Source of the DNA: a virus
Taxonomy: Duplodnaviria; Heunggongvirae; Uroviricota; Caudoviricetes
IMG/VR virus record: IMGVR_UViG_648276656_000008
DNA length: 15,267 bases
Reading direction: 5' to 3' (one strand)
Of this stretch, positions 1 to 9,333 are shown one piece after another. Position 1 is the stretch's first letter. Each line of letters starts with the position of its first letter. The translations under genes were made by a program, and so were the position numbers. Under the pieces are notes generated by a model, which saw nothing but the letters and a program-made list of their open reading frames with translations, ran no database searches and was not told where the DNA came from.

Positions 1-17
1 CCCCCCGCCAGGCTGAA

Positions 18-827
18 TTATTCCTCTGAATTATCGATTACACTGTATTCCCCGGTTAATACAGAGGAATCTGCAGGATCGATTGTCAGTGGTTCCTTTT
101 CATCCATTGATACTGCACGCTGGATCTCAATTGATACGGGCAGATATTTGAACAGGCGACGAATAGCCGTTTTCTTTGCCATTTCTTCCCAGTGAGTTAC
201 CCACGGCCCGTTATTACCAGCTTTACTCAGGCTGCGCACCAGCTCAATCTGTTTGCGCGTCATAACTTCAAACTGAGTACCTCCGTCTTTCAGTCTTGCG
301 ACAGCATAGACGTGGGTAACCGGGGCATCTTCGTTTTCTCCCGGGCGGTGTATTAACTTTTCATCAAGGCCAAATTCGAAGCTAAACTCGTCACCTTCAC
401 GGACAACACGGGCTGACAGGCTGGCGATTTGACCAGAACGGCGAGCCAGATCAATCATGCCGCGATAGCCAATGATTAGCTGAACGTTCTTTTTACCGCT
501 CTTTTCGTTTTTATTACCAAAAGGCAGTAAATATGCATGACCGAGGGCGCTACCTGGCTCAAGTCCGAGCTGTGAACACTGTACGATCGCACTGACAAAA
601 CTCATAGTGTCACAGTTTCCTAACGCCGGAACTTTACGAATTTCTGTGGTGGCGATACGGATCATACGTTCAGCCGTCATATGGCGTGGAAGAGCTGCTG
701 CCAGTTGCTCTTTCATTGATGGCTGGTTAATAAAACTAATCACGTCGCTATTTTTAACTGCTGCTGGTGCACGGTTTCCCTGAGTTTTTTGCAGATCGGC
801 TTTTGCGATTGGTGGTTGCTTAGTCAT
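18..827 (-). CDS. recT: RecT recombinase (ssDNA annealing protein, Rac prophage type)
   Basis: Translation from [21 protein letters not shown]... (269 aa) matches the RecT sequence as I recall it. Start ATG at 827 is chosen over the upstream in-frame ATG at 884 because it gives the canonical length. Overlaps the recE stop. Confidence 0.93.
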   Translation of the reverse strand: MTKQPPIAKADLQKTQGNRAPAAVKNSDVISFINQPSMKEQLAAALPRHMTAERMIRIATTEIRKVPALGNCDTMSFVSAIVQCSQLGLEPGSALGHAYLLPFGNKNEKSGKKNVQLIIGYRGMIDLARRSGQIASLSARVVREGDEFSFEFGLDEKLIHRPGENEDAPVTHVYAVARLKDGGTQFEVMTRKQIELVRSLSKAGNNGPWVTHWEEMAKKTAIRRLFKYLPVSIEIQRAVSMDEKEPLTIDPADSSVLTGEYSVIDNSEE

Positions 828-3420
828 TTGCATATTCCTTAGCCCAGCGGGGCAGTGATAATGTCTTAATAGCTGGCCATTCATCGGTATTCAGGCAGTC
901 AGACAGGGTTAGCAGATTGCGGTGATATTCCTGTTGACCTGCCAGTTTTGCTTCTTCGCCCATCATGAAAATTTCAACCGGATAACGTCCGCATTCAATA
1001 GTTGTGCTGGCAACCAGAAAAACGAAAGTTGGCTGCACTCCAAACTGTGCTTCATAACCGTCACTGTAGAATGCATCCTGAACGTGATAGCGGTAGTCGT
1101 AATAAGCGGTTTTGAATCGTTGAATATCCGCCGTAGTTTTCACGTCCATGATCCAGTGAAATTCAGGGATAATTTTGTCCGGACGGCACCGACACAAAAT
1201 TCCTGTTTCAGGATCTTCCCAGTAAATTGATGATTCAGCGTGTCCGGCGCTTTCAACAAGCCATTGCCCCAGCGGCAAAGCCATAACGCTTTGATACATG
1301 AGTTCAATTTTCCGGCCTTCTTCCGCAGTGATAACCGTTTTTCCTGTGCTTGCGCATTCCATCAGAAACGCTTTCTCTTCTTCTTTTCCGGCGTTTGTAC
1401 GGCGGTTAAATTCAGGTGCTACGATAAAGCGGTTACTGAATTCTTCCGGTTCAAGTACCCGGCAGTGGAAAGCAGTTCCTAAATCGAGCGTTTTTGTCTT
1501 TGTGGTGTCCACGGGGGCATTTTTACGCCACAAATATAGTGCCGGAGTATCAGCAATGTCATCGAGCTGAGACTTACTGATACCGGGACCCGCGTGGTAA
1601 TTCTCATTCGAAATTCCGTAATAAATACCTGGCTCTATGTCTTCTACGATTACGGGATCTGCGACTTCGCCAGTTTCATCACTGCAATCGCGATGGGGAT
1701 CGCTGCCAGCATTCTCATTGTGCGGATGTTCAGCGCCTTCCATTTCCTCCGGATCATTTTCCTTAGCTTCAACCTGACTCTCTTCATCGAATGTTTCCTG
1801 GTATGTTGCGTCGCCCATCACCGCACCACAGTCAGGGCAGTTATCCCCGCCAGTCTGGCCGCAGGCATTGCAGGCTATTTCCGGTTCCTGTTGCACTACT
1901 GGCTCAGGTTGATTCATATCTGGGCTGGTTTTTTCCGTTTCTGGCTGGTTCTGGTACACACAATCGCGAGTCTGGATCCCCTTTACCCATTTCGGATCGT
2001 TCGGGTCGCTAATTCCGTCAACAAATTCACCACGTGATGCAGCAAGCAATTTATCGGCATCGACAGGATTTTTTGATGGAATGTTTTTCCGGGCTTCATG
2101 GAGTTCTGCCCGCAGTTCCTGATATTTCGCATCAACAGAATTTACCTGTGACTGAGCATCCAGCGGCTGCGTGTCCTGATGATGTTCAGTTGCGTCCGGT
2201 TCCATTGTTTCAGCCTCTCCCTGTTCAACTGCCGTTGTTCCAGATGGTTGCGGTTTTTCTTCATCATCCTGTTTTCCTTCTTCTGTTACTCGCTGCGGCA
2301 TCGGGGCAGAGGAGCGACCGCAGGCAATATCCACGATTTCCGGATCAGGGTTGGCATGATCGGTTTCAGTCAGTACTTTGTTCAGATATTCAGTGACGTG
2401 CGCGGGGATGACCTCGATCCCAATTGGTGCTTCTTTTACGGACGCAACCACGATGGCGCGGGAATAATCCAGCCCGCCAGGCATGGTGATGAATTTGTCG
2501 CGGAAAACAGAAAAGGGCGGTTTATTTTCAGCGATAATTTCCTCAATGCGTTTAGCGTGTGCCGGATGAAGGTTATAGATGTCCAGATCCATTGAACGGG
2601 CCAGTACGCCAGTGGCTACGTCGCGCGCCAGTGACGTCAGATCGTGTACGAAACCTTCGCCGCGATCGGTGAGGTTTCCGCCGCCAGCATTAGCACCGGA
2701 AGCCGTGCGAGTGATGTGTGAAACACGATTACCCTTCATCCACTCTTTTGTCAGCAGTCCTCGATCGGTGTAGTCAGCGTTCAGGTATGCTTCGAAAAAA
2801 GCAGTTATCAGTCCCAGGTTTGAATTACCAGGATTAGGGAAAACTTTGTCAGTGTCACGAACCAGTTTGTGGAGTTCGCGAATTTCCAGCGGGTCGAGCA
2901 GGCTGGTTTTGTGGGAAACAGCCAGGGCAGTAACAGCCGGTAGTTCTTCAGCCCGAGCAATGTGTAATGCCTGGAGTCCGTCGCGTGAAACGTGCGTTAC
3001 CGGTTTTTCGCTGCCGTGTTGAGCAAGCCAACGAATGGGCAGTTCCCGGCCAGAAATTGGGAGTAGCATATTCTCCTCAATCTCAGTCATGTCTTCGCCG
3101 TTGACGTTGGTATTGCCTTGATAGTGAGCGTTGTCTGGTGCTGCTCCCGGTTTTAGTTCCCATGTCATGGAGTCTTTGCTGAGTTGATAGCGTTCACTCC
3201 AGGTAAAATCGATCTCACCTTCAGCGGGCAGGTCATTAACGACAGGAAAATTCGTGGCAACAGCTTTAAAATAGCTGCTCAGTTTTTTACCTGACTTAAC
3301 GATCAGGTAGTCCAGAGTGGCACAGGTCGATTCAAAATCGTTGCTTGCCCACAGGACGACGTCAGGTTCACCGGATGATTTTTTCGCTTTCCGTAACAGG
3401 AAGAGTGGTTTTGTGCTCAT
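820..3420 (-). CDS. recE: RecE exonuclease VIII
   Basis: 866-aa [17 protein letters not shown]... ending ...RWAKEYAND, the length and sequence I recall for Rac RecE. It sits immediately upstream of recT with an 8-nt overlap. Confidence 0.93.
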   Translation of the reverse strand: MSTKPLFLLRKAKKSSGEPDVVLWASNDFESTCATLDYLIVKSGKKLSSYFKAVATNFPVVNDLPAEGEIDFTWSERYQLSKDSMTWELKPGAAPDNAHYQGNTNVNGEDMTEIEENMLLPISGRELPIRWLAQHGSEKPVTHVSRDGLQALHIARAEELPAVTALAVSHKTSLLDPLEIRELHKLVRDTDKVFPNPGNSNLGLITAFFEAYLNADYTDRGLLTKEWMKGNRVSHITRTASGANAGGGNLTDRGEGFVHDLTSLARDVATGVLARSMDLDIYNLHPAHAKRIEEIIAENKPPFSVFRDKFITMPGGLDYSRAIVVASVKEAPIGIEVIPAHVTEYLNKVLTETDHANPDPEIVDIACGRSSAPMPQRVTEEGKQDDEEKPQPSGTTAVEQGEAETMEPDATEHHQDTQPLDAQSQVNSVDAKYQELRAELHEARKNIPSKNPVDADKLLAASRGEFVDGISDPNDPKWVKGIQTRDCVYQNQPETEKTSPDMNQPEPVVQQEPEIACNACGQTGGDNCPDCGAVMGDATYQETFDEESQVEAKENDPEEMEGAEHPHNENAGSDPHRDCSDETGEVADPVIVEDIEPGIYYGISNENYHAGPGISKSQLDDIADTPALYLWRKNAPVDTTKTKTLDLGTAFHCRVLEPEEFSNRFIVAPEFNRRTNAGKEEEKAFLMECASTGKTVITAEEGRKIELMYQSVMALPLGQWLVESAGHAESSIYWEDPETGILCRCRPDKIIPEFHWIMDVKTTADIQRFKTAYYDYRYHVQDAFYSDGYEAQFGVQPTFVFLVASTTIECGRYPVEIFMMGEEAKLAGQQEYHRNLLTLSDCLNTDEWPAIKTLSLPRWAKEYAND

Positions 3421-3521
3421 TGTTTTTTAACCTCAACTCAGATTAAAATTCGTTTTGTTCAGTGAATGATCTTGCCGGATACACACTGTTCATAGCCTGC
3501 GCCATACGCAGGCTATTTCTT

Positions 3522-3797
3522 TCAGATTTCACCTTTTAATTTCATTGCAATTAGAGTTGCCAGAAATTCGGCTTTTTTTTCTGCGGGCAGATTCTTTCCG
3601 ATATGCACCAGGCACATTTTTTTGACACCTTCATCAAGTGTTTTTACGTTGCCTGATGGACCATCGATATCAACCACAGTGAATGGGGTTTCTTTATTTT
3701 CTGTTTTAATTACGTAGCCAATGCGCTTTCCTTCCAGATTCACCTCGTGAACAATGTCATCGGTAGTTACAACAGTGGCTTCATAATTGGTAATCAT
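3522..3797 (-). CDS. racC: RacC (Rac prophage small protein)
   Basis: 91-aa product MITNYEATVVTTDDIVHEVNLEGKRIG... Start ATG at 3797 is preceded by GGAGA; the track ORF extends upstream to 3845, but the internal ATG has the Shine-Dalgarno. Confidence 0.85.
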   Translation of the reverse strand: MITNYEATVVTTDDIVHEVNLEGKRIGYVIKTENKETPFTVVDIDGPSGNVKTLDEGVKKMCLVHIGKNLPAEKKAEFLATLIAMKLKGEI

Positions 3798-3871
3798 GTT
3801 TTTCTCCTTAATTAAGGTTGAGCGAATACCTGCCATTTCTGGCATAAATTCAGTTTCGAATAGTCAATTAA

Positions 3872-4042
3872 TTAAAGTTCATGTGCCATCTGGTCTTTTT
3901 CGGCACAAGCTTCACTGCAATATTTTCTCGGTTCGTCTTTTGATAAAATCCCGTGCATGAAGTGAAGCATTCTTTCAATAGCTTTGCTTTCTTCAACGTC
4001 TTTTTTGCAAAGGTGGTAAGCACATTTTATTTTCTTAGTCAT
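3872..4042 (-). CDS. ydaE: YdaE-like small zinc-ribbon protein (56 aa)
   Basis: Not in the ORF track (under 60 aa). Translates to [56 protein letters not shown] with Cys-x4-Cys and Cys-x3-Cys pairs. GGAG lies 8 nt upstream; its ATG shares one base with the kilR stop. Confidence 0.75.
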   Translation of the reverse strand: MTKKIKCAYHLCKKDVEESKAIERMLHFMHGILSKDEPRKYCSEACAEKDQMAHEL

Positions 4043-4263
4043 CACCATGACTCCGCCTTTACAGGTAAACCATCACGACCGAGGAAGACTTTAATCATGC
4101 GGTCAGTAATGCATGTTTTTGTGGTCAGGTTACGAATATATAGTTTTCGCTTTTTAATATTGTTTGCCGAGGCAATATATGTCCGGCCTTCATGAAGAAC
4201 ATAATCGCCAGGAGTCACACACTGACGTGGTATTTCATCAGTTCCGAAGTGATGTGCAATCAT
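4042..4263 (-). CDS. kilR: KilR (FtsZ-targeting cell division inhibitor of Rac)
   Basis: 73-aa product [29 protein letters not shown]... ending KAESW; start taken at the internal ATG 4263 to give the canonical length. First gene of the leftward kilR-ydaE-racC-recE-recT block. Confidence 0.88.
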   Translation of the reverse strand: MIAHHFGTDEIPRQCVTPGDYVLHEGRTYIASANNIKKRKLYIRNLTTKTCITDRMIKVFLGRDGLPVKAESW

Positions 4264-4704
4264 AATTATCTCCATTTTTACAAATGAACTTTGTTGATGC
4301 GGTGCCTGGTGCCTCCAGGTGACTGCAACCAGTTAACAATTACAGTCGGCTTTCCCACCCAAACCAATAAGGACTAACATGACTTTTAACTGTGCCACGT
4401 GCGCTTAGCCGCATTCACCGCATCACAAAATTCACTTTAAAAAGGGCGGACATCAGCCGAACTTCAAGAAAAAAACTGATGCCGCCAGGACTACACACAG
4501 CAATGTCGTTATTTACAACCGGAGGCGCACTCCCACCATTTAAATTTAACAGACAAGACCGACTCTTTATGGATATCGGAAATGCGCCTTCGTGTTGTGC
4601 CCGGTTTTATTTCACCACCTCCGGGCTTCGGTGGTCTCGGCTATACCCCTACAGCGAGAGCTTGTGTTAACATTTCAATACCCTTACAGTTGAGAGTTAT
4701 TGAT

Positions 4705-5193
4705 ATGTTGGATGTATTTACTCCATTGTTGAAACTTTTTGCTAACGAGCCACTCGAAAGACTTATGTATACGATTATCATTTTTGGTCTCACTCTCTGG
4801 CTGATACCGAAAGAGTTTACTGTCGCATTCAATGCTTATACTGAAATACCTTGGCTCTTTCAGATTATCGTTTTTGCCTTTTCTTTCGTGGTCGCCATTT
4901 CCTTCTCAAGATTGCGAGCACATATTCAAAAGCATTATTCATTACTACCAGAGCAACGAGTATTGCTTCGTTTATCTGAGAAAGAAATCGCTGTATTTAA
5001 AGATTTCCTTAAAACAGGAAATCTTATTATCACTTCTCCTTGCCGTAACCCGGTTATGAAAAAATTAGAACGGAAGGGCATCATTCAACATCAGAGTGAT
5101 AGCGCAAACTGTTCTTATTATCTCGTCACCGAAAAATACTCCCATTTTATGAAGTTATTCTGGAACAGCAGGAGTAGACGTTTTAATCGTTAG
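4705..5193 (+). CDS. sieB: SieB superinfection exclusion protein
   Basis: 162-aa product MLDVFTPLLKLFANEPLERLMYTIIIFGLTLWLIPKEF... with predicted membrane helices. An in-frame upstream ATG at 4582 would give 203 aa, but the shorter form matches the length I recall. Confidence 0.82.
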   Translation: MLDVFTPLLKLFANEPLERLMYTIIIFGLTLWLIPKEFTVAFNAYTEIPWLFQIIVFAFSFVVAISFSRLRAHIQKHYSLLPEQRVLLRLSEKEIAVFKDFLKTGNLIITSPCRNPVMKKLERKGIIQHQSDSANCSYYLVTEKYSHFMKLFWNSRSRRFNR

Positions 5194-5345
5194 CTTACTG
5201 TGTGCTTCTCCAACCATCGGCGCGCACCAGTTTCGGTTTTAAATGTTTTGCTTTTGGTATACGTCATGGCAGTGAACGTTCCATCCTGGTTGGGGAACAC
5301 GCCGCACACCAGGGATTCGTTGTTGCCGAGGTCGATTTTTTGCAT
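5190..5345 (-). CDS. ydaF: YdaF-like small protein (51 aa)
   Basis: Minus-strand translation MQKIDLGNNESLVCGVFPNQDGTFTAMTYTKSKTFKTETGARRWLEKHTVS; converges on sieB with a 4-nt overlap. Name rests on position and length in Rac. Confidence 0.6.
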   Translation of the reverse strand: MQKIDLGNNESLVCGVFPNQDGTFTAMTYTKSKTFKTETGARRWLEKHTVS

Positions 5346-5355
5346 TTTGCGAATC

Positions 5356-5490
5356 TCACATCTTGTTGCTACGTATAGCGACTTCTGCCTGCCAGAGATC
5401 CCAGTCGTTGCTGCGTAAAGCCTGCACAGCCTGGTTGTAAGTGATACCGCAACAATCCATCAAATACTGAACTACTTCGTAATGCACCAT
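5356..5490 (-). CDS. ydaG: YdaG-like small protein (44 aa)
   Basis: Minus-strand translation MVHYEVVQYLMDCCGITYNQAVQALRSNDWDLWQAEVAIRSNKM, directly upstream of ydaF on the same strand. Confidence 0.6.
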   Translation of the reverse strand: MVHYEVVQYLMDCCGITYNQAVQALRSNDWDLWQAEVAIRSNKM

Positions 5491-5777
5491 CTTATCTATC
5501 CCCTTAACGCCGGGTGGCGGAACTAACTGCTGCACTGCAAAATTTGAATTCCGCCGTCATGTTCATACGCCTCGGGCTGGCTACTTAACCCCTGACCACT
5601 GCCTGGTAACTCGAAGTATTGCCCGGCGTTCTGTGGGGCGGGGTGAGTTGGTAGGTATATAATGTACTTTGTGTTCATCATTGTAAAGTACTTTAAGTAC
5701 ATTTTATGTATAAAAAAATGAGACGGGATAAAGTGAAGCACAAACCCGGAGGGGGACGCTACCGGATTTATGCTGGT

Positions 5778-6197
5778 TTAAGAGGCTTTTTGTTTTTTCT
5801 TTCGTGCTAACTCTTCGTAAATTGCATTGTACTTCTGTTTTTTCTCCTCAAGAGTTTTTAAAAGTTCATCTGTCTCACTGTCAGGGAGCTCGTCCAGAAG
5901 GTCAATGATGATTTTTTGTCTTGGATTTAACTCCTGATAGAAACGTATCTGTCCACTTTCTTCTGTATCCTCTCCCAAAAGATAGGTTGGTGTTGTTCCA
6001 ATGAGTGTTGCTAATTCCCTTAATTTCTCTCGGCGAGGAATTGTTTCACCATTAAACCATTTGCTAACCGCTTTTGGTGTTAATTTCATTCGACGGGCAA
6101 TTTCTGCCTGCCTTCCATGTTGTTCATAACCAGCGTTTTCACAGGCTAGCGCAAGCCTACTGGCGAACTCTTTACGCGCTTTATCTTCATGAACCAT
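5778..6197 (-). CDS. racR: RacR-like prophage repressor (XRE/cI-type helix-turn-helix)
   Basis: 139-aa ORF whose N-terminal segment RQAEIARRMKLTPKAVSKWFNGETIPRREKLRELATLIG looks like an XRE-type HTH. It is divergent from the cro-like ydaS, as expected for an immunity region. My recalled K-12 length (158 aa) does not match; no upstream in-frame start exists here. Confidence 0.75.
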   Translation of the reverse strand: MVHEDKARKEFASRLALACENAGYEQHGRQAEIARRMKLTPKAVSKWFNGETIPRREKLRELATLIGTTPTYLLGEDTEESGQIRFYQELNPRQKIIIDLLDELPDSETDELLKTLEEKKQKYNAIYEELARKKKQKAS

Positions 6198-6276
6198 AAG
6201 TTCAATGATATTCGCTCTTGAATGTACTGTCAGTTCTGTTATAGCATGTACTCAAAGTTCACATTGTGAGGATGAT
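6198..6276. promoter_or_regulatory. Divergent racR/ydaS promoter-operator region
   Basis: 79-bp gap between divergent repressor and cro-like genes. Contains the direct repeat ATGTACT at 6222-6228 and 6246-6252 and the inverted pair TTCAA(6201-6205)/TTGAA(6217-6221). Confidence 0.5.
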
Positions 6277-6531
6277 ATGAACCAGAAAACACTTGAAGAT
6301 GTAATCAAAACTGTTCGCGTTTCTGTTGTGGCCGACGTTTGTGGTGTCAGCCAAAGAGCAATCTACAAATGGATGGATAACGGAAAATTGCCTCGCACAG
6401 AATATACCGGCGAAACAAATTACGCTGAAAAAATCGCTCATGCATCAAACGGATTATTTTCTGCCGATGCAATTTTAACTATTGGCAGAAATAAAACTAC
6501 TACGAAAAAGCTGATGGGAGTTGATTCATGA
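6277..6531 (+). CDS. ydaS: YdaS (Cro-like HTH protein)
   Basis: 84-aa product MNQKTLEDVIKTVRVSVVADVCGVSQRAIYKWMDNGKLPRTEY...; GAGGA lies 5 nt before the ATG. Its stop overlaps the ydaT start (ATGA). Confidence 0.78.
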   Translation: MNQKTLEDVIKTVRVSVVADVCGVSQRAIYKWMDNGKLPRTEYTGETNYAEKIAHASNGLFSADAILTIGRNKTTTKKLMGVDS

Positions 6532-6950
6532 AAATCAAGCATGAGCACATCGAATCAGTGTTGTTAGCCCTGGCAGCCGAAAAAGGGCAGGCGTGGGTCG
6601 CTAACGCAATTACTGAAGAATATCTGCACCAGGGGGGCGGCGAATTGCCCCTGGTACCAGGCAAGGACTGGAACAATCAGCAGAATATCTATCATCGTTG
6701 GTTGAAAGGTGAAACGAATGCGCAAAGGGAAAAAATTCAGAAACTGATCCCTGCGGTTCTGGCAATTCTTCCTCGCGAGCTGCGTCACCGACTCTGCATC
6801 TTCGATACCTTGGAACGCCGTGCATTACTGGCGGCACAGGATGCACTGAGTACGGCAATTGATGCGCATGATGATGCAGTCCAGGCCGTTTACCGTAAAG
6901 CACATTTCAGCGGCGGCGGTTCTCCTAGCGATTCTGTCGTAGTGCATTGA
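6528..6950 (+). CDS. ydaT: YdaT (CII-analog regulator of the Rac immunity region)
   Basis: 140-aa product MKIKHEHIESVLLALAAEKGQAWVANAITEEYLHQGGG...; length and position after ydaS match Rac YdaT. Confidence 0.82.
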   Translation: MKIKHEHIESVLLALAAEKGQAWVANAITEEYLHQGGGELPLVPGKDWNNQQNIYHRWLKGETNAQREKIQKLIPAVLAILPRELRHRLCIFDTLERRALLAAQDALSTAIDAHDDAVQAVYRKAHFSGGGSPSDSVVVH

Positions 6951-6994
6951 TTGAAATTAATCGTACCGAACTGTTTTGTTCGGTATCAGTTAAA

Positions 6995-7437
6995 TGTAAC
7001 GCTGCGAGCGTTACAAGGTGAAAACAAATGGCTTCAAACTGGATAAAGCTCGAAGTTATTACGCCGGATAAGCCGGAAATATTCAGGCTTGCTGAGATTC
7101 TGAATATTGATCCAGATGCCGCATTAGGGAAAGTCATTCGCTTCTGGGCATGGGCGGATCAACAAATGATAGACGGTAACGCAGAGTGTAACGCTCGAGG
7201 CGTTACAAAAAGTGCAATAGACCGTATCACTTTTATGGCTGGTTTTGCTGATGCGTTAATTCAGGTTGGATGGCTGGTCGAAAGTGATGGAGTGCTTTCA
7301 CTACCAAACTTTGAGCGTCATAACGGAAAAAGCTCGAAAAAACGGGCGGTTACAAACGAGAGAGTTACAAAAATACGCGAACTGAAGCGAAAAGGTAACG
7401 CTGCCAGCGTTACACAAACGGATCAAAAAGCGTTACC
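6995..7437. repeat. Dispersed palindromic iteron-like sites (TGTAACGC-N5-GCGTTACA) upstream of and inside ydaU
   Basis: Near-identical 21-bp palindromes at 6995-7015, 7187-7207 and 7394-7414, plus half-sites GGTAACGC at 7175-7182, GCGTTACC at 7430-7437 and GTTACAAA at 7349-7356 and 7364-7371. Confidence 0.6.
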
Positions 7438-7816
7438 AGAGGAAGAGGAAGAGGAAGATATAAATACTGATCTCCCCCTAAATCCCCCTCGGCAAAAACG
7501 AGCGTCTAAACAATTCGAGCCGGAGGCCATTGCTCTGCCCGACTGGTTGCCAGAAACACTCTGGAATGAGTGGGTCCAGTTCAGGCAGGCATTGCGAAAA
7601 CCGATTCGAACGGAGCAGGGCGCTAACGGGGCGATACGGGAACTGGAAAAATTCCGCCAGCAGGGTTTTACCCCTGAGCAGGTGATTCGACACAGCATCG
7701 CCAATGAATACCAGGGCTTGTTCGCGCCGAAAAGTGTTCGGCCTGAGACGTTGCTCCGACAGGTTAACACTGTCTCGTTTCCGGACAGTGCGATCCCGCC
7801 AGGCTTCAGGGGGTAA
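7028..7816 (+). CDS. ydaU: YdaU-like replication initiation protein (lambda O analog)
   Basis: 262-aa ORF just upstream of the DnaC-like ydaV; contains an acidic EEEEEED linker and the iteron-like palindromes. Start is the first ATG after an in-frame stop at 7019-7021. Confidence 0.75.
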   Translation: MASNWIKLEVITPDKPEIFRLAEILNIDPDAALGKVIRFWAWADQQMIDGNAECNARGVTKSAIDRITFMAGFADALIQVGWLVESDGVLSLPNFERHNGKSSKKRAVTNERVTKIRELKRKGNAASVTQTDQKALPEEEEEEDINTDLPLNPPRQKRASKQFEPEAIALPDWLPETLWNEWVQFRQALRKPIRTEQGANGAIRELEKFRQQGFTPEQVIRHSIANEYQGLFAPKSVRPETLLRQVNTVSFPDSAIPPGFRG

Positions 7817-7822
7817 CTGACC

Positions 7823-8569
7823 ATGAAAAATATTGCGACAGGCGGCGTTCTGGAACGTATCCGCAGACTGGCCCCGCCACATGTAACCGCGCCATTCAGG
7901 ACGGTGGCGGAGTGGCGCGAGTGGCAACTTGCAGAAGGCCAGAAACGTTGCGAGGAGATCAATCGCCAGAATCGTCAGTTGCGGGTGGAAAAAATTCTGA
8001 ATCGCTCCGGCATCCAGCCGTTGCACCGCAAATGCTCGTTTTCGAATTACCAGGTGCAGAACGACGGCCAGCGATACGCGTTGAGCCAGGCGAAATCCAT
8101 CGCAGATGAACTGATGGTCGGGTGTACAAATTTTGCGTTTAGCGGAAAACCTGGTACCGGAAAAAACCATCTGGCGGCGGCTATCGGGAATCGCCTGCTG
8201 AAAAACGGTCAGACAGTGATTGTGGTTACCGTGGCTGATGTTATGAGTGCTCTACACGCCAGCTATGACGACGGGCAATCAGGCGAAAAATTTTTGCGGG
8301 AACTGTGCGAAGTGGATCTGCTGGTTCTTGATGAAATTGGCATTCAGCGCGAGACAAAAAACGAGCAGGTGGTACTGCACCAGATTGTTGATCGCCGGAC
8401 AGCGTCGATCCGCAGCGTGGGGATGCTGACAAACCTGAACTATGAGGCCATGAAAACATTGCTCGGCGAGAGGATTATGGATCGGATGACCATGAACGGC
8501 GGGCGATGGGTGAATTTTAACTGGGAGAGCTGGCGCCCGAATGTTGGTCAGCCAGGAATTGAGAAGTAA
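7823..8569 (+). CDS. ydaV: YdaV, DnaC-like helicase loader (AAA+ ATPase; lambda P analog)
   Basis: 248 aa with Walker A GKPGTGKNHLAAAIG and Walker B LLVLDEIG. Confidence 0.88.
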   Translation: MKNIATGGVLERIRRLAPPHVTAPFRTVAEWREWQLAEGQKRCEEINRQNRQLRVEKILNRSGIQPLHRKCSFSNYQVQNDGQRYALSQAKSIADELMVGCTNFAFSGKPGTGKNHLAAAIGNRLLKNGQTVIVVTVADVMSALHASYDDGQSGEKFLRELCEVDLLVLDEIGIQRETKNEQVVLHQIVDRRTASIRSVGMLTNLNYEAMKTLLGERIMDRMTMNGGRWVNFNWESWRPNVGQPGIEK

Positions 8570-8591
8570 TTTTTACCGGGAGGAAATTTTA

Positions 8592-9317
8592 ATGGAGACC
8601 GTTTTTGACGCACTGAAAGCAATGGGAAAAGCCTCTTCCCAGGAAGTGGCAGCACGTCTGGGAATGACCCGGGATGAGGCGATTAACGAGCTGTGGAAAC
8701 TGAAGCGTCGTGGGGAAGCTGATAACAAGGGCCCGATGTGGTGGTTGACTCAAACCGACGAAAACGCATCTGTAGCACAGGCTTCTAAAGTGACAGCGCA
8801 AATGCTGATCGAGGCGATTGAACAGCATGGCCCTAAAGCGGCTGATGAACTTGCACTGATATTCAGAATTACTTCCCGCAGGGTGAACTCATCGCTGGCT
8901 ATGGCCATCAGCAAAGGTCGTCTGATTCGCGTAAATCAGAACGGTAAATTTCGTTACTGCCTGCCGGACGGTAATTTACCAGCAGAGCCGAAAGTTGTAT
9001 CGGTAGTGAAAACACCTGGTAAAGGCTTTCCTCAGCCAGCCGGTGTTGCGTTACCAGTACAGGAAGCGGCAACACAGGAAGAAATTAAAACAGATACTGT
9101 GGGGGACATTGTGCAGTCACTACCATCGTTCACTGAAACGCGAGCCAATGACCTGATTATACCATCGCTGCAAATGGCAAACCGCGAACTGCGCCGGGCG
9201 AAAAGTTATGTCCAGAAGTGGGAGCGAGTCTGCGCCGCGCTGCGTGAGCTGAACAAGCACCAGGATATTGTCCGTCAGATTGTCGATTCCTCCAGTCGTA
9301 TTGTGTCGGAAAAGTGA
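8592..9317 (+). CDS. ydaW: YdaW-like prophage protein, full length (241 aa)
   Basis: Start METVFDALK... is preceded by GGGAGG; the track ORF begins 17 codons upstream without a Shine-Dalgarno. Named by position after ydaV; I recall the K-12 copy as truncated. Confidence 0.55.
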   Translation: METVFDALKAMGKASSQEVAARLGMTRDEAINELWKLKRRGEADNKGPMWWLTQTDENASVAQASKVTAQMLIEAIEQHGPKAADELALIFRITSRRVNSSLAMAISKGRLIRVNQNGKFRYCLPDGNLPAEPKVVSVVKTPGKGFPQPAGVALPVQEAATQEEIKTDTVGDIVQSLPSFTETRANDLIIPSLQMANRELRRAKSYVQKWERVCAALRELNKHQDIVRQIVDSSSRIVSEK

Positions 9318-9333
9318 TTCTAGGGGAGGGCTT

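Noticed and set aside
922-2773. Nine plus-strand ORFs (64-147 aa) spanning 922-2773 inside recE
   Set aside because: All are antisense to the well-supported 866-aa recE frame, lack Shine-Dalgarno sequences and have low-complexity translations; treated as shadow ORFs.
4582-5193. 203-aa extended form of sieB starting at ATG 4582
   Set aside because: The 162-aa form from ATG 4705 matches the length I recall; the upstream ATG has no good Shine-Dalgarno. Kept only as an alternative in a finding.
5200-5741. Track ORFs 5200..5418 (+) and 5523..5741 (-), 72 aa each
   Set aside because: The first is antisense to ydaF and ydaG; the second lies in the operator-rich region between ydaG and racR with no Shine-Dalgarno. 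The small genes ydaF and ydaG on the minus strand explain this interval better.
7423-8170. Minus-strand ORFs of 179 and 230 aa overlapping ydaU and ydaV
   Set aside because: Antisense to two confident genes (one with Walker A/B motifs); Cys/Arg/Ser-rich translations typical of reverse-frame artefacts.
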